Shown here: piece by piece, positions 20,052 to 31,240 of the stretch
Numbering within the stretch: the stretch's first letter is position 1
How the letters are laid out: every line of letters starts with the position of its first letter
Made by a program: the position numbers and the translations under genes
From: Ionaspis alba
Lineage: Eukaryota
DNA: 33,785 nucleotides
Reading direction: 5' to 3'
NCBI GenBank assembly: GCA_964255285.1
Contig: CAXUUL010000091.1
Coordinates: 1-33,785, forward strand
The notes under the pieces: generated by a model
What the model was told of the DNA's origin: nothing
Database searches by the model: none
Seen by the model: only the letters and a program-made list of their open reading frames with translations

Positions 20052-22404
20052 ATGGATGCCATCAAGAAGACATTTGCGCAATGCAAGCAAGAGAACCGCT
20101 CAGCGTTGGTCACCTATGTGACAGCTGGGTTTCCCACACAAGAGGAAACAGTGGACATATTGTTGGCAATGGAGGACGGTGGCTCTGGTGGGCAACTTCT
20201 CCAGCATGTGATCGATGTCAAATTCTAACAGTCCACAGACATCATAGAGTTAGGCCTGCCTTTCACAGACCCAATTGCAGATGGTCCCACAATTCAGAAG
20301 GCGAATACTCAAGCATTGAAGAATGGCGTTACTGTTACATCTACATTGGAGATAGTCCGAACTGCACGGCGACGAGGACTCAAAGCCCCCATCATGTTCA
20401 TGGGTTACTACAATCCTCTGTTGAGTTATGGTGAAGAGAAAATTATGAAGGATGCGAAAGAAGCAGGCGTCAATGGCTTTATTGTGGTTGACTTGCCACC
20501 GGAAGAGGCAGTGAGGTTCAGAAATTTCTGCACGAAATCAAGGTAAGCCAGGCGCTTTAACTGAGCCTCACCTCCAGTGACTGACGCACTTCTCCTCAGT
20601 TTATCGTATGTTCCTCTAATCGCACCAGCCACGTCGGAACCACGGATGAAGTTGCTTTGCAAGATTGCAGACTCTTTCATCTACGTTGTTTCTCGAATGG
20701 GTGTCACTGGAGCGTCGGGAACGCTCAACGCCGACCTACCAGACCTGCTCGAACGCGTCCACAAATACTCTAACAATGTTCCAGCGGCCGTAGGATTTGG
20801 TGTCAACACACGGGAACAATTTCTTGGCGTTAGTAAAATTGCCGAAGGAGTTGTCATTGGCAGCCAAATCGTCACGACGCTGGCGAATGCGGATCCAGGT
20901 CAAGGGGCAAAGGCTGTGCAAAAGTACTGCTCGCAGATCTCTGGGAGAACGGAAGGGTCACATAATGGTACGAATGGTGTGACGAGAGAAGTTGGACTAA
21001 TTGAAACTATGGGGGAGGCTAAGGAGCCGAATGGCGATAGCGTTCATGTTGATGAGGTAGTCCGAAATGGAGACCACGGTACCGGACCGGGATTAGCAGA
21101 CCAGCTCGAAGCTCTGAACATGAACGGCGACGCAGACCCTGCCGCAGTACCATCGCGGTTTGGGGAATTTGGTGGACAGTACGTGCCTGAATCACTCATG
21201 GACTGTCTTGCCGAGCTCGAGGAAGGCTTCAATCTGGCCAAGAATGACCCTAAGTTTTGGGAGGAGTACCGAAGCTATTATCCATATATGGGCAGGCCAA
21301 GTCAGATGCATCTGGCCAATAGGCTTACCAAGCATGCTGGAGGTGCAAACATTTGGCTAAAGCGGGAAGATCTCAATCATACCGGAAGTCACAAAATCAA
21401 CAATGCGTTGGGCCAGATCTTACTTGCACGACGACTTGGGAAGACCGAAATCATTGCCGAGACCGGCGCTGGACAGCACGGAGTCGCGACTGCTACAGTC
21501 TGTGCCAAGTTTGGCATGAAATGTACCGTTTATATGGGTGCAGAAGACGTTCGAAGGCAGGCTCTCAACGTCTTCCGGATCAAGCTTCTCGGTGCAAAGG
21601 TTGTCGCAGTAGAAGCCGGAGCAAGGACACTACGAGACGCTGTCAACGAGGCTATGCGTGCCTGGGTTGTCGATCTTTCCACTACACACTACATCATAGG
21701 GTCTGCCATCGGTCCTCATCCATTCCCAACGATCGTCCGAACCTTCCAATCAGTCATTGGCAACGAAACAAAGGAACAAATGCAGACTATTAAAAGCAAG
21801 CTTCCTGACGCAGTCGTGGCCTGCGTTGGAGGTGGCAGCAACGCCGTCGGGATGTTCTACCCGTTCTCAAAAGATCCAGGCGTCAAGCTTCTCGGAGTCG
21901 AGGCTGGAGGTGACGGACTTGATACCGAAAGGCATAGTGCCACACTGACTGGAGGCACGAAAGGCGTTCTGCACGGTGTGAGAACATACGTACTTCAAAA
22001 CAAGCACGGACAAATATCCGAGACACACTCCGTATCTGCAGGCTTGGACTATCCTGGAGTCGGTCCCGAGCTAAGTTCATGGAAAGACACCGAGAGAGCA
22101 AAGTTCATCGCTGCGACGGATGCCGAGGCGTTCAAGGGTTTCCGGCTGTTGTCTCAGCTCGAGGGAATCATTCCAGCGCTTGAAACAGCACATGCTGTCT
22201 GGGGTGCCATGGAGCTGGCTAAGACGATGAAGAAGGATGAGGATATTGTAATTTGTCTTAGTGGAAGAGGAGACAAGGATGTACAGAGTGTAGCGGATGA
22301 GTTGCCGAAGCTTGGCCCACAGATAGGCTGGGATTTAAGGTGTAAGTGATCAAGGAATCTTTATACTCCTTAGTGACAAATATGCTAATTGTTCCCTAGT
22401 CTGA
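20052..22404 (+). CDS. trp5: Tryptophan synthase, fused alpha-linker-beta, 4 exons, 728 aa
   Basis: Exons 20052-20187, 20239-20542, 20600-22341, 22400-22404 (2187 nt). Alpha: [30 protein letters not shown]. Beta: [27 protein letters not shown] (PLP Lys), [34 protein letters not shown]. The last intron restores the conserved C-terminus WDLRF. Confidence 0.97.
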
Positions 22405-22847
22405 GAAAGTTGTCTTTTACACAATTCTCGCATTAGACATAGCCGCTCACGCCTCCAGCCAGAATCTTAGCTTTGCATCTAATAATCAAAGTCATAGACT
22501 CATTCATCATACCGTGATGCTGCCGGGTTCAAAGGAGAAAGGGGAGATAATTACACTGCTTGGTAAACCAGGTATCTCTTGAGTACGAAGATACGAAATT
22601 GCGGAAGCACACGAGGTACAGTCATGATCACGGAGGTTCAGGAGAGTCAACTCAATTTTAAAGCGGCTGAGCTGGGACCAATGTCCCTCGATCAAAATGA
22701 TTTATGCAAATTGCTTAGGCCTGGTCGTGAGTTATGAACCTCGATCAAAAATCTCTCGCAAATTTGAATGAAAGCGACAGTATCGAGAACACCCGCTGTC
22801 ACTCCCAGAGTTAGCCCTATCAATATCAAGCTCTGCCAAGCCCTTAC

Positions 22848-22889
22848 CCCTGCAAGCTTGCCCCCGCTACATCCCTGCAAGTTTGCCCC
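22848..22889 (+). repeat. Short direct repeat, 2 x 17 bp with 25-bp period
   Basis: ccctgcaagcttgcccc (22848-22864) and ccctgcaagtttgcccc (22873-22889), 1 mismatch. Confidence 0.6.
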
Positions 22890-23296
22890 AATCTGCGTTT
22901 CCGACAGACAGCCCAAAGAGGCAATTATGATCAAGCGATGATCACGTGATTAATCTTCCTCAGCAACTAACAAGCTATTTGGGTGTATGATTGCTGCAAA
23001 TTCCGTGTGAAATCGAAAATCTTCGACCTCTCAGACATGTAATCCAATGAATTTTACTAGCACATGGTCCACAGGAGCAGCACGATAGAAGGATTTTACT
23101 AGGCACCAACGGAAGAAAGATCTGACGATACCATTGATCACGGCACTGACCCTTAGCTTGGGGAGTAGCAGCGGCGCCATTGCATAATCTCTTGCTTGTA
23201 TGTACAGTCAAAATGCTTTCCCTAACACTGTCACACGCTAAATAACATGCACGACGATACTGCACTCGTGCAAAAGACCAAATCCAGCCTGCGTCG

Positions 23297-24763
23297 CTAT
23301 ATAAGTCGACAGTACTCCCTCCCATGCCTGACCTGCCATCCACAAAGCCAGACCTCCACGCCCATACCCAGTAGCCCCGCCACACAAATCCCTCCCGAGT
23401 CACTAACACTGGTCGCTCCGAGCGAGAACTCCCTGTCGCCCCTCGGCACGGTATCCAAGATCTCCGCAAAAGTATTTACATATACTAGACCACCCAGCAA
23501 ACCCTCCCAGAATATTATCACAAATATCACCCATACGTTTGGCAGGAAGTCGGAAAGGGCGTGCGCGATGAGCAGGATCAGATTAGCGATCTGGAGGAAG
23601 GAAGGCAGATAGAGGTTGTGCACGCGGAGGAAGGGAGTGGAGGACCGGGAGATAAAGACGCCGAGCTGGTAGATGGAAGCGTAGGTGGGGTAGAAAGAGC
23701 GGTAGCTTGTGAAGGGGGTCGTGGGTAGAGGAAAGAGGAGGGTCGGAGTGACACCTTGGTTGATGGTGTATTCGGCTATATAGACAAGGAGAAGAGGTAG
23801 CATACTACGATACGGGTGTTAGTCTTTCTTTGATATCTTTGTGGAGCCGCTTACAAGGGAATGAAAAGGCCGCGGGAGCGTCGAAGATTGGTACGAAAGT
23901 TGTGCCACCAAGTGCCTTGAGCGCTTGACTGAGATATTTGACTTTGGCTCAGAGAGAGCAAACCTTCGTCTTCTTCATCGATGCTGGGTGAAATCTCATT
24001 CTCGCCGAGGACACCGGGAAAATCTGCTGCTGAGCTTGGGGATGTGTCATCTTTCAATTTCGCATATACTGCGGCATGCAGAGGTTCTCGAGGTAGGATG
24101 GTGAAGAAGCTGACGAGCATGATTATCGGAAGTAAAGCAGATGACAGCAACGCGCTCTTGACGCTCATTTTCAGAGCAGTGGTAACGATTGCGTAGGCTC
24201 CAGCACCGACCAGACCCGCAGCTCCCGTTCCGCTTCCCCAAGCAGCAAGGCTGAAAGGACCGTAGAAGTGTGTCAACCCTAAGAAACTCAACTCCCCTCC
24301 ACCGCTGGATAGACTAGCCAGGACAACGCCGGCCATCTTCGTTGTGATTGTTCCTCCATCCGTGTAAGCGGGCGTCATGGCTATGAGCAGCATGCCACAT
24401 GTTGAGAGCACCACAAACAGTATGATGCGAACCGAGTAGGGTATCGCGGAGATGAAGTAAGGAGCGCATAGCTTTGTCAAGAAGCTGGGTATCACATCGG
24501 CGAGCAAGACGACTCCTTTCGGTACATCGGGACCTACGAGATCGAGAGCGGCGGAGAGGATGATCACATAGAGGACGTTGTTGATTAGTCCTGCTCGAAG
24601 TTAGCATACTGTGTTTTTTCCCTTATATACAGGGGTACAGGTAGAGCATACCGAAAAGCCAGAAGGCGGCACAGACTCGGGGATCGACTCCATCGAAGGC
24701 GGCTCGAAGTCGTGCTCTGTACATAGCCCACGAGGTTGATGGCGCGCCGGGTAAGGGGAGCAT
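23297..24763 (-). CDS. btn1: Battenin/CLN3 family vacuolar-Golgi membrane protein, 3 exons, 451 aa
   Basis: Exons 24763-24652, 24590-23855, 23804-23297 (1356 nt). Motifs [88 protein letters not shown]. Confidence 0.95.
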
Positions 24764-26483
24764 CGCCTGGTAATTTTCATAAGGGAATTTGTAGAGGTAG
24801 GGCGAACATTGTCATCCAGTCACTGTCAAGGACACTTTGAGAAGAGCTATCGAATGAAGCAGGAGTCAAGTGTTGGAGATCGAGTGTGACATCCGAGGCC
24901 ATGTGCTTACATGGTTCTTTGTGCTGAACCCCTGCCAGGGACCCGGCAGCCCAGGCCGAGCTTGGACCATTTACTATCCGTCGTCTCAACGCAGATCACA
25001 GATGTCACTGTCGTCTCGAAGGTACCTTGCCCGATACTACACGAGACAAGTGTAGTAATTAAGGTGGCGGACACGCTCTTTTTTTCTGGTGTCGAACAGT
25101 CACCTGGCTGTTGACCACATATCCAGACGATTCCCTCCATGCAGACTTAATGACTGCAGCATTCCAAACACGACGATAACGATATGGAAATGCAGCCTTG
25201 AAAGCCTCACTGAAGAAATCAAAGCTTGCAGTATATGTTGTGATTACTGTTATCATAGACACTGAACTTATCTCTCACCTAGTCTTTTCGTTCTCGTGGC
25301 AGCACTGAGGTGTGGTCTACGAGACACCTAGCTTTGCTCATTGTTTGCAAAATCTAGTACTCCTCGCTCTTGATATATCGTTAGTCGGCGTGGTTCTATG
25401 TATGAACCTAAATGTTTTACTCTTATTTGCCCTGTTGATCTAGTACCCAGCGTGAAGTTTTACCCCTTAGTCTATCCATTTTCAATGCTACATTACGGTT
25501 GGACAAGATCCCAATCGAGGATTATAGTGGTGTGACGTTTGTCAAACTATCCAACCTTTCAATTCTGCTGGAGATACGATGAAGGTTCTCTTGATAGACG
25601 CAAGTGTAGGACATGAGTCATTCCTAGAGCTTGTCTTCGATCTTTTCTGAGGAAGAAAGAAGAGCCACGAGGTTTTGCTGACAATGGTTGGTACGTTTCT
25701 ACTCATTACGCGAGTGGGCCAGTCAAGAGCCTGCAAGAGGCGCATTGAAGAAGTTTCGCAATTCGGAATTATCAGTATGGCGATCCCCACCGGAGAAGAA
25801 ACTGGGAAAGACTCGATATATAGAGAGAGCTCAGGGTATGGGTGATGAGGTTTGATGAGGCGGCGGAGAGCTCTGATCCTGTGGTCTGAAGATAGGGTTC
25901 ACGAGGTCAATGTGAGGTCGACTCCCAAAGAATTAACGATCTGAATATCTTTAAACCATTTACATTATTATGCGCCTTCCGTTCTGACGTCTATACTCTC
26001 CAATATGAAGGAGGAAAACATACGGACGCTTGCTTTCCATGTGATTGCTTCGTGCCAGCACTCTCGAGGCTCTGGCCGCATAAAACGCACGTCCCTACCA
26101 ACCTGACCAATGAAACCGTCCGCCAAGTCATGGTCACGTATGTGATGCATAGTCCGACAGGGATTCTCGGCAGTGGAACAGGGGTACACCGCCCTTAAGG
26201 TTTGGATGATCGACGCTACTGCTGTCGCTCCCCCAAATTCAGTCCCGGTTTGCTTTTCTGTCTCATTCTCTCCATTCCCCGTCATCCAAGACCTTCATTC
26301 TCCGACTCCATCCTCCCCGGGTCTGATATAGTCACATCTTTGCAGCTTCATTGTTTGCTTTCTCCCATCATGAGCAACAGCCTCATCTGCTATTCTTTCC
26401 AACGTCTTACCCTTGTATCCTTACCCTAAGCTTCGTCTTCGATCACGCGCTCGCCGCTACAGATTCTAGAAGCGCATTCATCA

Positions 26484-29400
26484 ATGGATTCTCGACATCC
26501 AGCACCGCATCCTTTCTCTCGACCGCACTCACAATCGCAGTCGCAAGTTCATACTCTATCCAACGAGACACGATTCGGACCTATCCCTCCCCCGCCATAT
26601 CATTCTCAGTCTTCAGTTTTGCGACAAGATCCTCCACCCCGCATCGATCCATTTCTTCCTCGAAGACCCACCCACGATACCTTTGCTACCACTACAACCC
26701 GTCCGGATAACGGTTCATCGTATGGATTTCCTCAAGGACCGAGCATCCCACCCAGCCTCTTTGCACCAACGATCAGCTCAGATTCGAACGATGGAGGCAT
26801 GCGACGCGGAAGCTATGGATCGAATTTGGCATACACCCATACGGCGAGGGAGGAACAAGACGTAAGGAAAGGCAGCGGTACGTTGATCTCTCAGCAGATT
26901 CAGGTTTTGCTTGATTCTATATCCCCTTTGGCTTGTGCGCTGCACTTGTCTCCTGGTGTGCTCGTACCTCTCTGGCTCTCCCACTTTCGCAAACCTCTAC
27001 CGGGGAGATTCTATCTTTACAAAAGCACCTAAGGACGGTGAAGGAGAGGCTCGAGTCAAACGAACAATCTAGAGATATTCTGGGTACCTTTGGATAAGTA
27101 ATCCTTGATTTTCCGATTGAGTGACCCAACCGTGACGACAGACTCCTCAAGAATCCAGAACTTGGGTTTGTGACAAGCAGTGGTACTGGAATGGACCAAC
27201 GAATGCATAAGTTGCGGCAACAGAGCGGCTTCAACGATTTACAGTCCTTCTCATTCGATTTTTCTCGTACTGGCCAACTGGTCCTTTTCCCGCAATGGAC
27301 ATGAAATGCGCACGGCCATAACCGCAAGATGCGCCACGGGGATCCCCGCATCTGCTACCCCTGCTCCACGCTAACGATCGCTCCGTCCCGTGTCCGAGTT
27401 TGTAAATTGTACAAACATTCGTCACTCAACCGACACTGACGTGCCTTTACTCCAGTCGCAGACGCGGGTCATCCTATCCAACGGCCTCCACCACCACCAC
27501 CATCATTGCTGTCCGACGCGTCGGCTACCAGGCCTCGAAATGGCTACTCTGATAAGTCTTCGCCCTCACTGAACGGGGCGACGACCGCCACCATGTACCG
27601 AGGTGGGTTGATTTGATAACTCCCTAAGGAGGCACTTTCAGACCTCTCAGATCAACGATCCACGACATCTATCAATCTTATATTGCTCTGAGTTAAAGTT
27701 GCTCTGCATTACAAGTTGTTTCTGCCGTCAGACCTATGTTTAGTGATTGAAACGCGCTGACCATGCTGGCTTCAATCTAGGTACCCTCAACCGTTCTCCA
27801 CCGCCACCTCCTCCGTTCAGCGCGCGACAAATGCTGCCTCCAACTTCTCCACAATACACTCATTCTCAATATGCCCCCTTTCCGTCAGTCGCTCGTGGTG
27901 CGCCAGTGCCGTCACCGTATGCACGCGAAAGCCAAGCGACGTCAACACATCGTCCTGGTAGTAGCATGTCAATATCCTCCATGTTGGGTACTAATCCTGA
28001 AGACAAACCGCGAGAGCCCGCATCAGTTCATCGGACAAACGGATTTGGTTCCTCTTCAGCGGCGCCGATGACGGCTCCATTACCTACCTCTGCACCCTCA
28101 CCCACTAGACCGGAATTTGGAACTGGCCAGCAGGTATACAGGGCACAAACCCCAGATGCATACAAGAACCATAGGGCTGGGCATACTCGCCCCTCTCGCG
28201 CCTATTCCGGCGGCCCGCCACCACGGCCATTCTCCGGTTCTCAAGCAAGCTCTCCAGATGTCTTTCGGTTCGGTCCTCCTCTGAATGCATTCAACAATCA
28301 GCCATCGTCCCAATTCTCCAATACCCAAGAAAAATCGCCATATCTCGAAGATTCAGCCATGTCACAAGCGAGGCGCTCAAGTCTCAACAATCTGGAGCAG
28401 TTGACAAACTATCGCCAGACTGGATTTCGAACACCACCGGTTGAACCTGGAAACAACCATGATTCGAACCAGAGGTACCCAAGACCAGTGAATGAAGAGC
28501 TACTTGACCAAAGACTGCGACACGAATCTATGAATAAGGACGAACCAATACTTAGACACAAGCCCAATAGTGCCAGTGTCCCTACCTTCTACGAGATTGA
28601 TCGTCGCGCACCCGGACCAGCTCAAAATCAGAGTCCAACGAACGCAAGACCTGATCATGCTGGCGAATCAAGCGGTACCAACTATCCGTTCTTATCCAGA
28701 TCGATCCGCCACGACCAACGCACTGATGATCGGCCGCAAAATGGAAGCCAAAATGGCACCGAGCCCAAGAATGAGTATCCTTACAAAGCTCGGCCAGGTA
28801 CTATTCCGTCTGCCCAAACGACGGAACCTTGGAAACGTCCAAACGACAGTCCATACACTGGGCTGAATCAAGCTTATCAAGATGCAAGACATGTTCCAAT
28901 TCATCCTGTCGACGAATTGAGGCAACAGGCGATGCGTGATTCGCCTTCCATTTCGACGCCGACCGAGAGAAGCCAGCCTGCATTAGTTGCAGATCGAATA
29001 GACCAACAAATGGGACAAATGGACGAACCGCAGCTTCAAAAGAATTTGCTTGGTCTTATGGTGGAGAACAACAAACGCAGCGGCCGAGTTTCTCCCCTTC
29101 CTCAAGCTGTCCAAGGTGCACAAGGTCGAACGAGAGGTCCAGCTAGTGAGCCGGGTATCAAGAATGAGTTTGCGAGAATGTTCTCCGGAATCGGAAGTGG
29201 TGTCGGAAGTGCAATGTCCACCCCAGTTCCACAAGAGTTAGGTGCATCTATCTCGTTTCCGTCGAGTCCTACTAGGACGGAAGAAGTTGAAAGACGAACT
29301 CCTTTCAGTGGGCGCAATGATCTTGTGGAAAACATAAAGCCTCGAGTGACGTCCCGCGGTGGTAGACGAAGTCGGAAGATGAAAGATGAAGAGTCGCGGA

Positions 29401-30554
29401 TCGATGTTGGTAATGTTAGTGGGCAGGGTCTTACTCGATCTTTCAGTGCGAGAGGTGCGAAAAGGAGTCGACAAAGTTACAACATCTCCAATCATGTGTA
29501 GGTGGATCGTTTTTTCAAGCGACCTGTAAATCTCAATGCTGACTTCATTAGCCATAATCATCATGCCGACGCCCTGACTACATCTAGCACACCCTTCTCG
29601 ATGACAACAATAGGAAAGCGAATATTCACCCCGAACCAAGCTCTTGTCACAGGTGTGCCACAATCATCAACACCGCACCATCATCACCACCATCACCATC
29701 ACCATCATCATCATCAAAACCAACTTGCAACCAAGGCGCACGCCAGCCCTCCAATCAAGACACGTCAGCCTTCCATTACTGTGTCTAGTAAAGCTGTATT
29801 GGACAGTGTGAAGCATCTTCCACGCCATCATCTGGGCTCGACTCTCTACGCTCCAGTACTCAGCACTCCGTCCCATACAGCATCCCACGAGCATTCCAAA
29901 TTCGGCTACGTCAGCACACCGAAACCTATCCCCCAATTTGATGGTCAAGAGAACTGCACATTCACCATTCGCGTTCCACGAGTGTGTTTACAGAGACGCG
30001 AGCGCGAAGAAATCTGCCAGCGACGAGCTCTGTGGGGCTCGGGTGTGTATACTGACGATTCGGATCCGATCGCAGTAGCCATCCACAGTGGCTGGATCCG
30101 AGGCGAGTGGGGGGATGATGTCGATATCTCTATGCTCGATCTTGCGGGGAGCCCTGACGATGCTTCGACCAAGAAAGCAGATAGTAGTGAGAATCCAATT
30201 GAAGTGGCGGATACCATGGACGCCCCGCCTTTGACACCCGTTGTTCCCCCCAGCGATCGAGACCTCCACATCACGCTCCTCATTCTGCCTGCCCTACAAA
30301 ACTACGCCTCGCTTGTGCAGCATGGTATCAGATCCCGGCCATGGACAAACGGTCACGACGGACTAAGTTTCATGATCGAGAAGATCAGTTGGGTCGATGA
30401 GGGAGCTGCACGGGGCGAGGAGAGGGGTGGAGAGGCGAGGAGGAAGAGGTTGAGGATGCTGATGACGGCTGGGGATTTGAGAGTGGGACCGGCGATGAAG
30501 ATGGGGTTTGGAACGAGCGGGTCGGGCTTGAAGGCTGCGGTTGTGGCTGCTTAG
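26484..30554 (+). CDS. rxt3: Rxt3 domain protein (Rpd3L/Sin3 histone deacetylase complex subunit), 4 exons, ~1086 aa
   Basis: Exons 26484-26877, 27456 (or 27462)-27602, 27781-29497, 29552-30554, in frame. C-terminal Rxt3 domain: RHHLGSTLY, ENCTFTIRVP, RALWGSGVYTDDSDPIAVAIHSGWI, DLHITLLILPALQNY, HDGLSF. Conserved short motifs SSMSISSML and RVSPLPQAVQG...IKNEFARMFSGIGSG. The two 5' exons are less certain than the 3' part. Confidence 0.85.
29676..29714 (+). repeat. (CAY)13 trinucleotide repeat encoding 13 consecutive His in Rxt3
   Basis: cac cat cat cac cac cat cac cat cac cat cat cat cat, in frame, just before the Rxt3 domain. Confidence 0.9.
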
Positions 30555-30808
30555 TAGAGTTTGGATTGCCGTGGGAGGGAGAGGGGGTTTTGGATATAGT
30601 GGTTTGGACGGTCTGTTCATGTGTGGTTGAGAATGTATGATTGAATACGCTAGAGATTTGGCGGTATACTGGGGATGGATATAATTGGCAGATGTTTTCG
30701 AACAGCAGTTGAAGAGGTCCAATTCCAGTCATCTAGTCATTTCGACTTCTGGCGCTCAACTCGTACTATCTGATCTAGCCAAGTATCAAGAGACCTGGTC
30801 ACTTCATA

Positions 30809-30908
30809 NNNNNNNNNNNNNNNNNNNNNNNNNNNNNNNNNNNNNNNNNNNNNNNNNNNNNNNNNNNNNNNNNNNNNNNNNNNNNNNNNNNNNNNNNNNN
30901 NNNNNNNN
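30809..30908. other. Scaffold gap (100 N) without duplicated flanks; true gap size unknown
   Basis: N run between rxt3 and the lipase gene; the flanks are not repeated. Confidence 0.9.
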
Positions 30909-31240
30909 CTATGGCGGCGCTGGATCACGGCTGATTCGACGAGTCTGAGAGTGTTGCGTTGCCGGGCTTACTCCACCACTTCTCCTTACACTACTCATAC
31001 GACCGTGGTCTCGACGAACTGCCAATCCGTTGCATTGTCTGACTTGGGAGATCTACCTCGACTTTGGTATATCTGCGCATCATCATCTCTTGATCGGCCA
31101 CGTCCACATCGACCTGCTTCTTTCCTCTGTACAATAGCATTTGACGGATTCGGCCTGGTTTGCGCGGACGGTTTAGACAGCATTTGCATCAAATCGAGCT
31201 TTTTTTGACCGATATAGTGGGCATAGCGTGCTGGGTGAAA

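Noticed and set aside
22507..22934. Two abutting short minus-strand ORFs that might be a frameshifted pseudogene
   Set aside because: They have non-ATG starts and no recognisable protein motif or splice pattern.
25842..25944. Box C/D snoRNA-like arrangement (GTGATGA ... CTGA)
   Set aside because: I found no terminal stem or rRNA-complementary guide by eye, and these boxes are common by chance. A snoscan or Infernal run would be needed.
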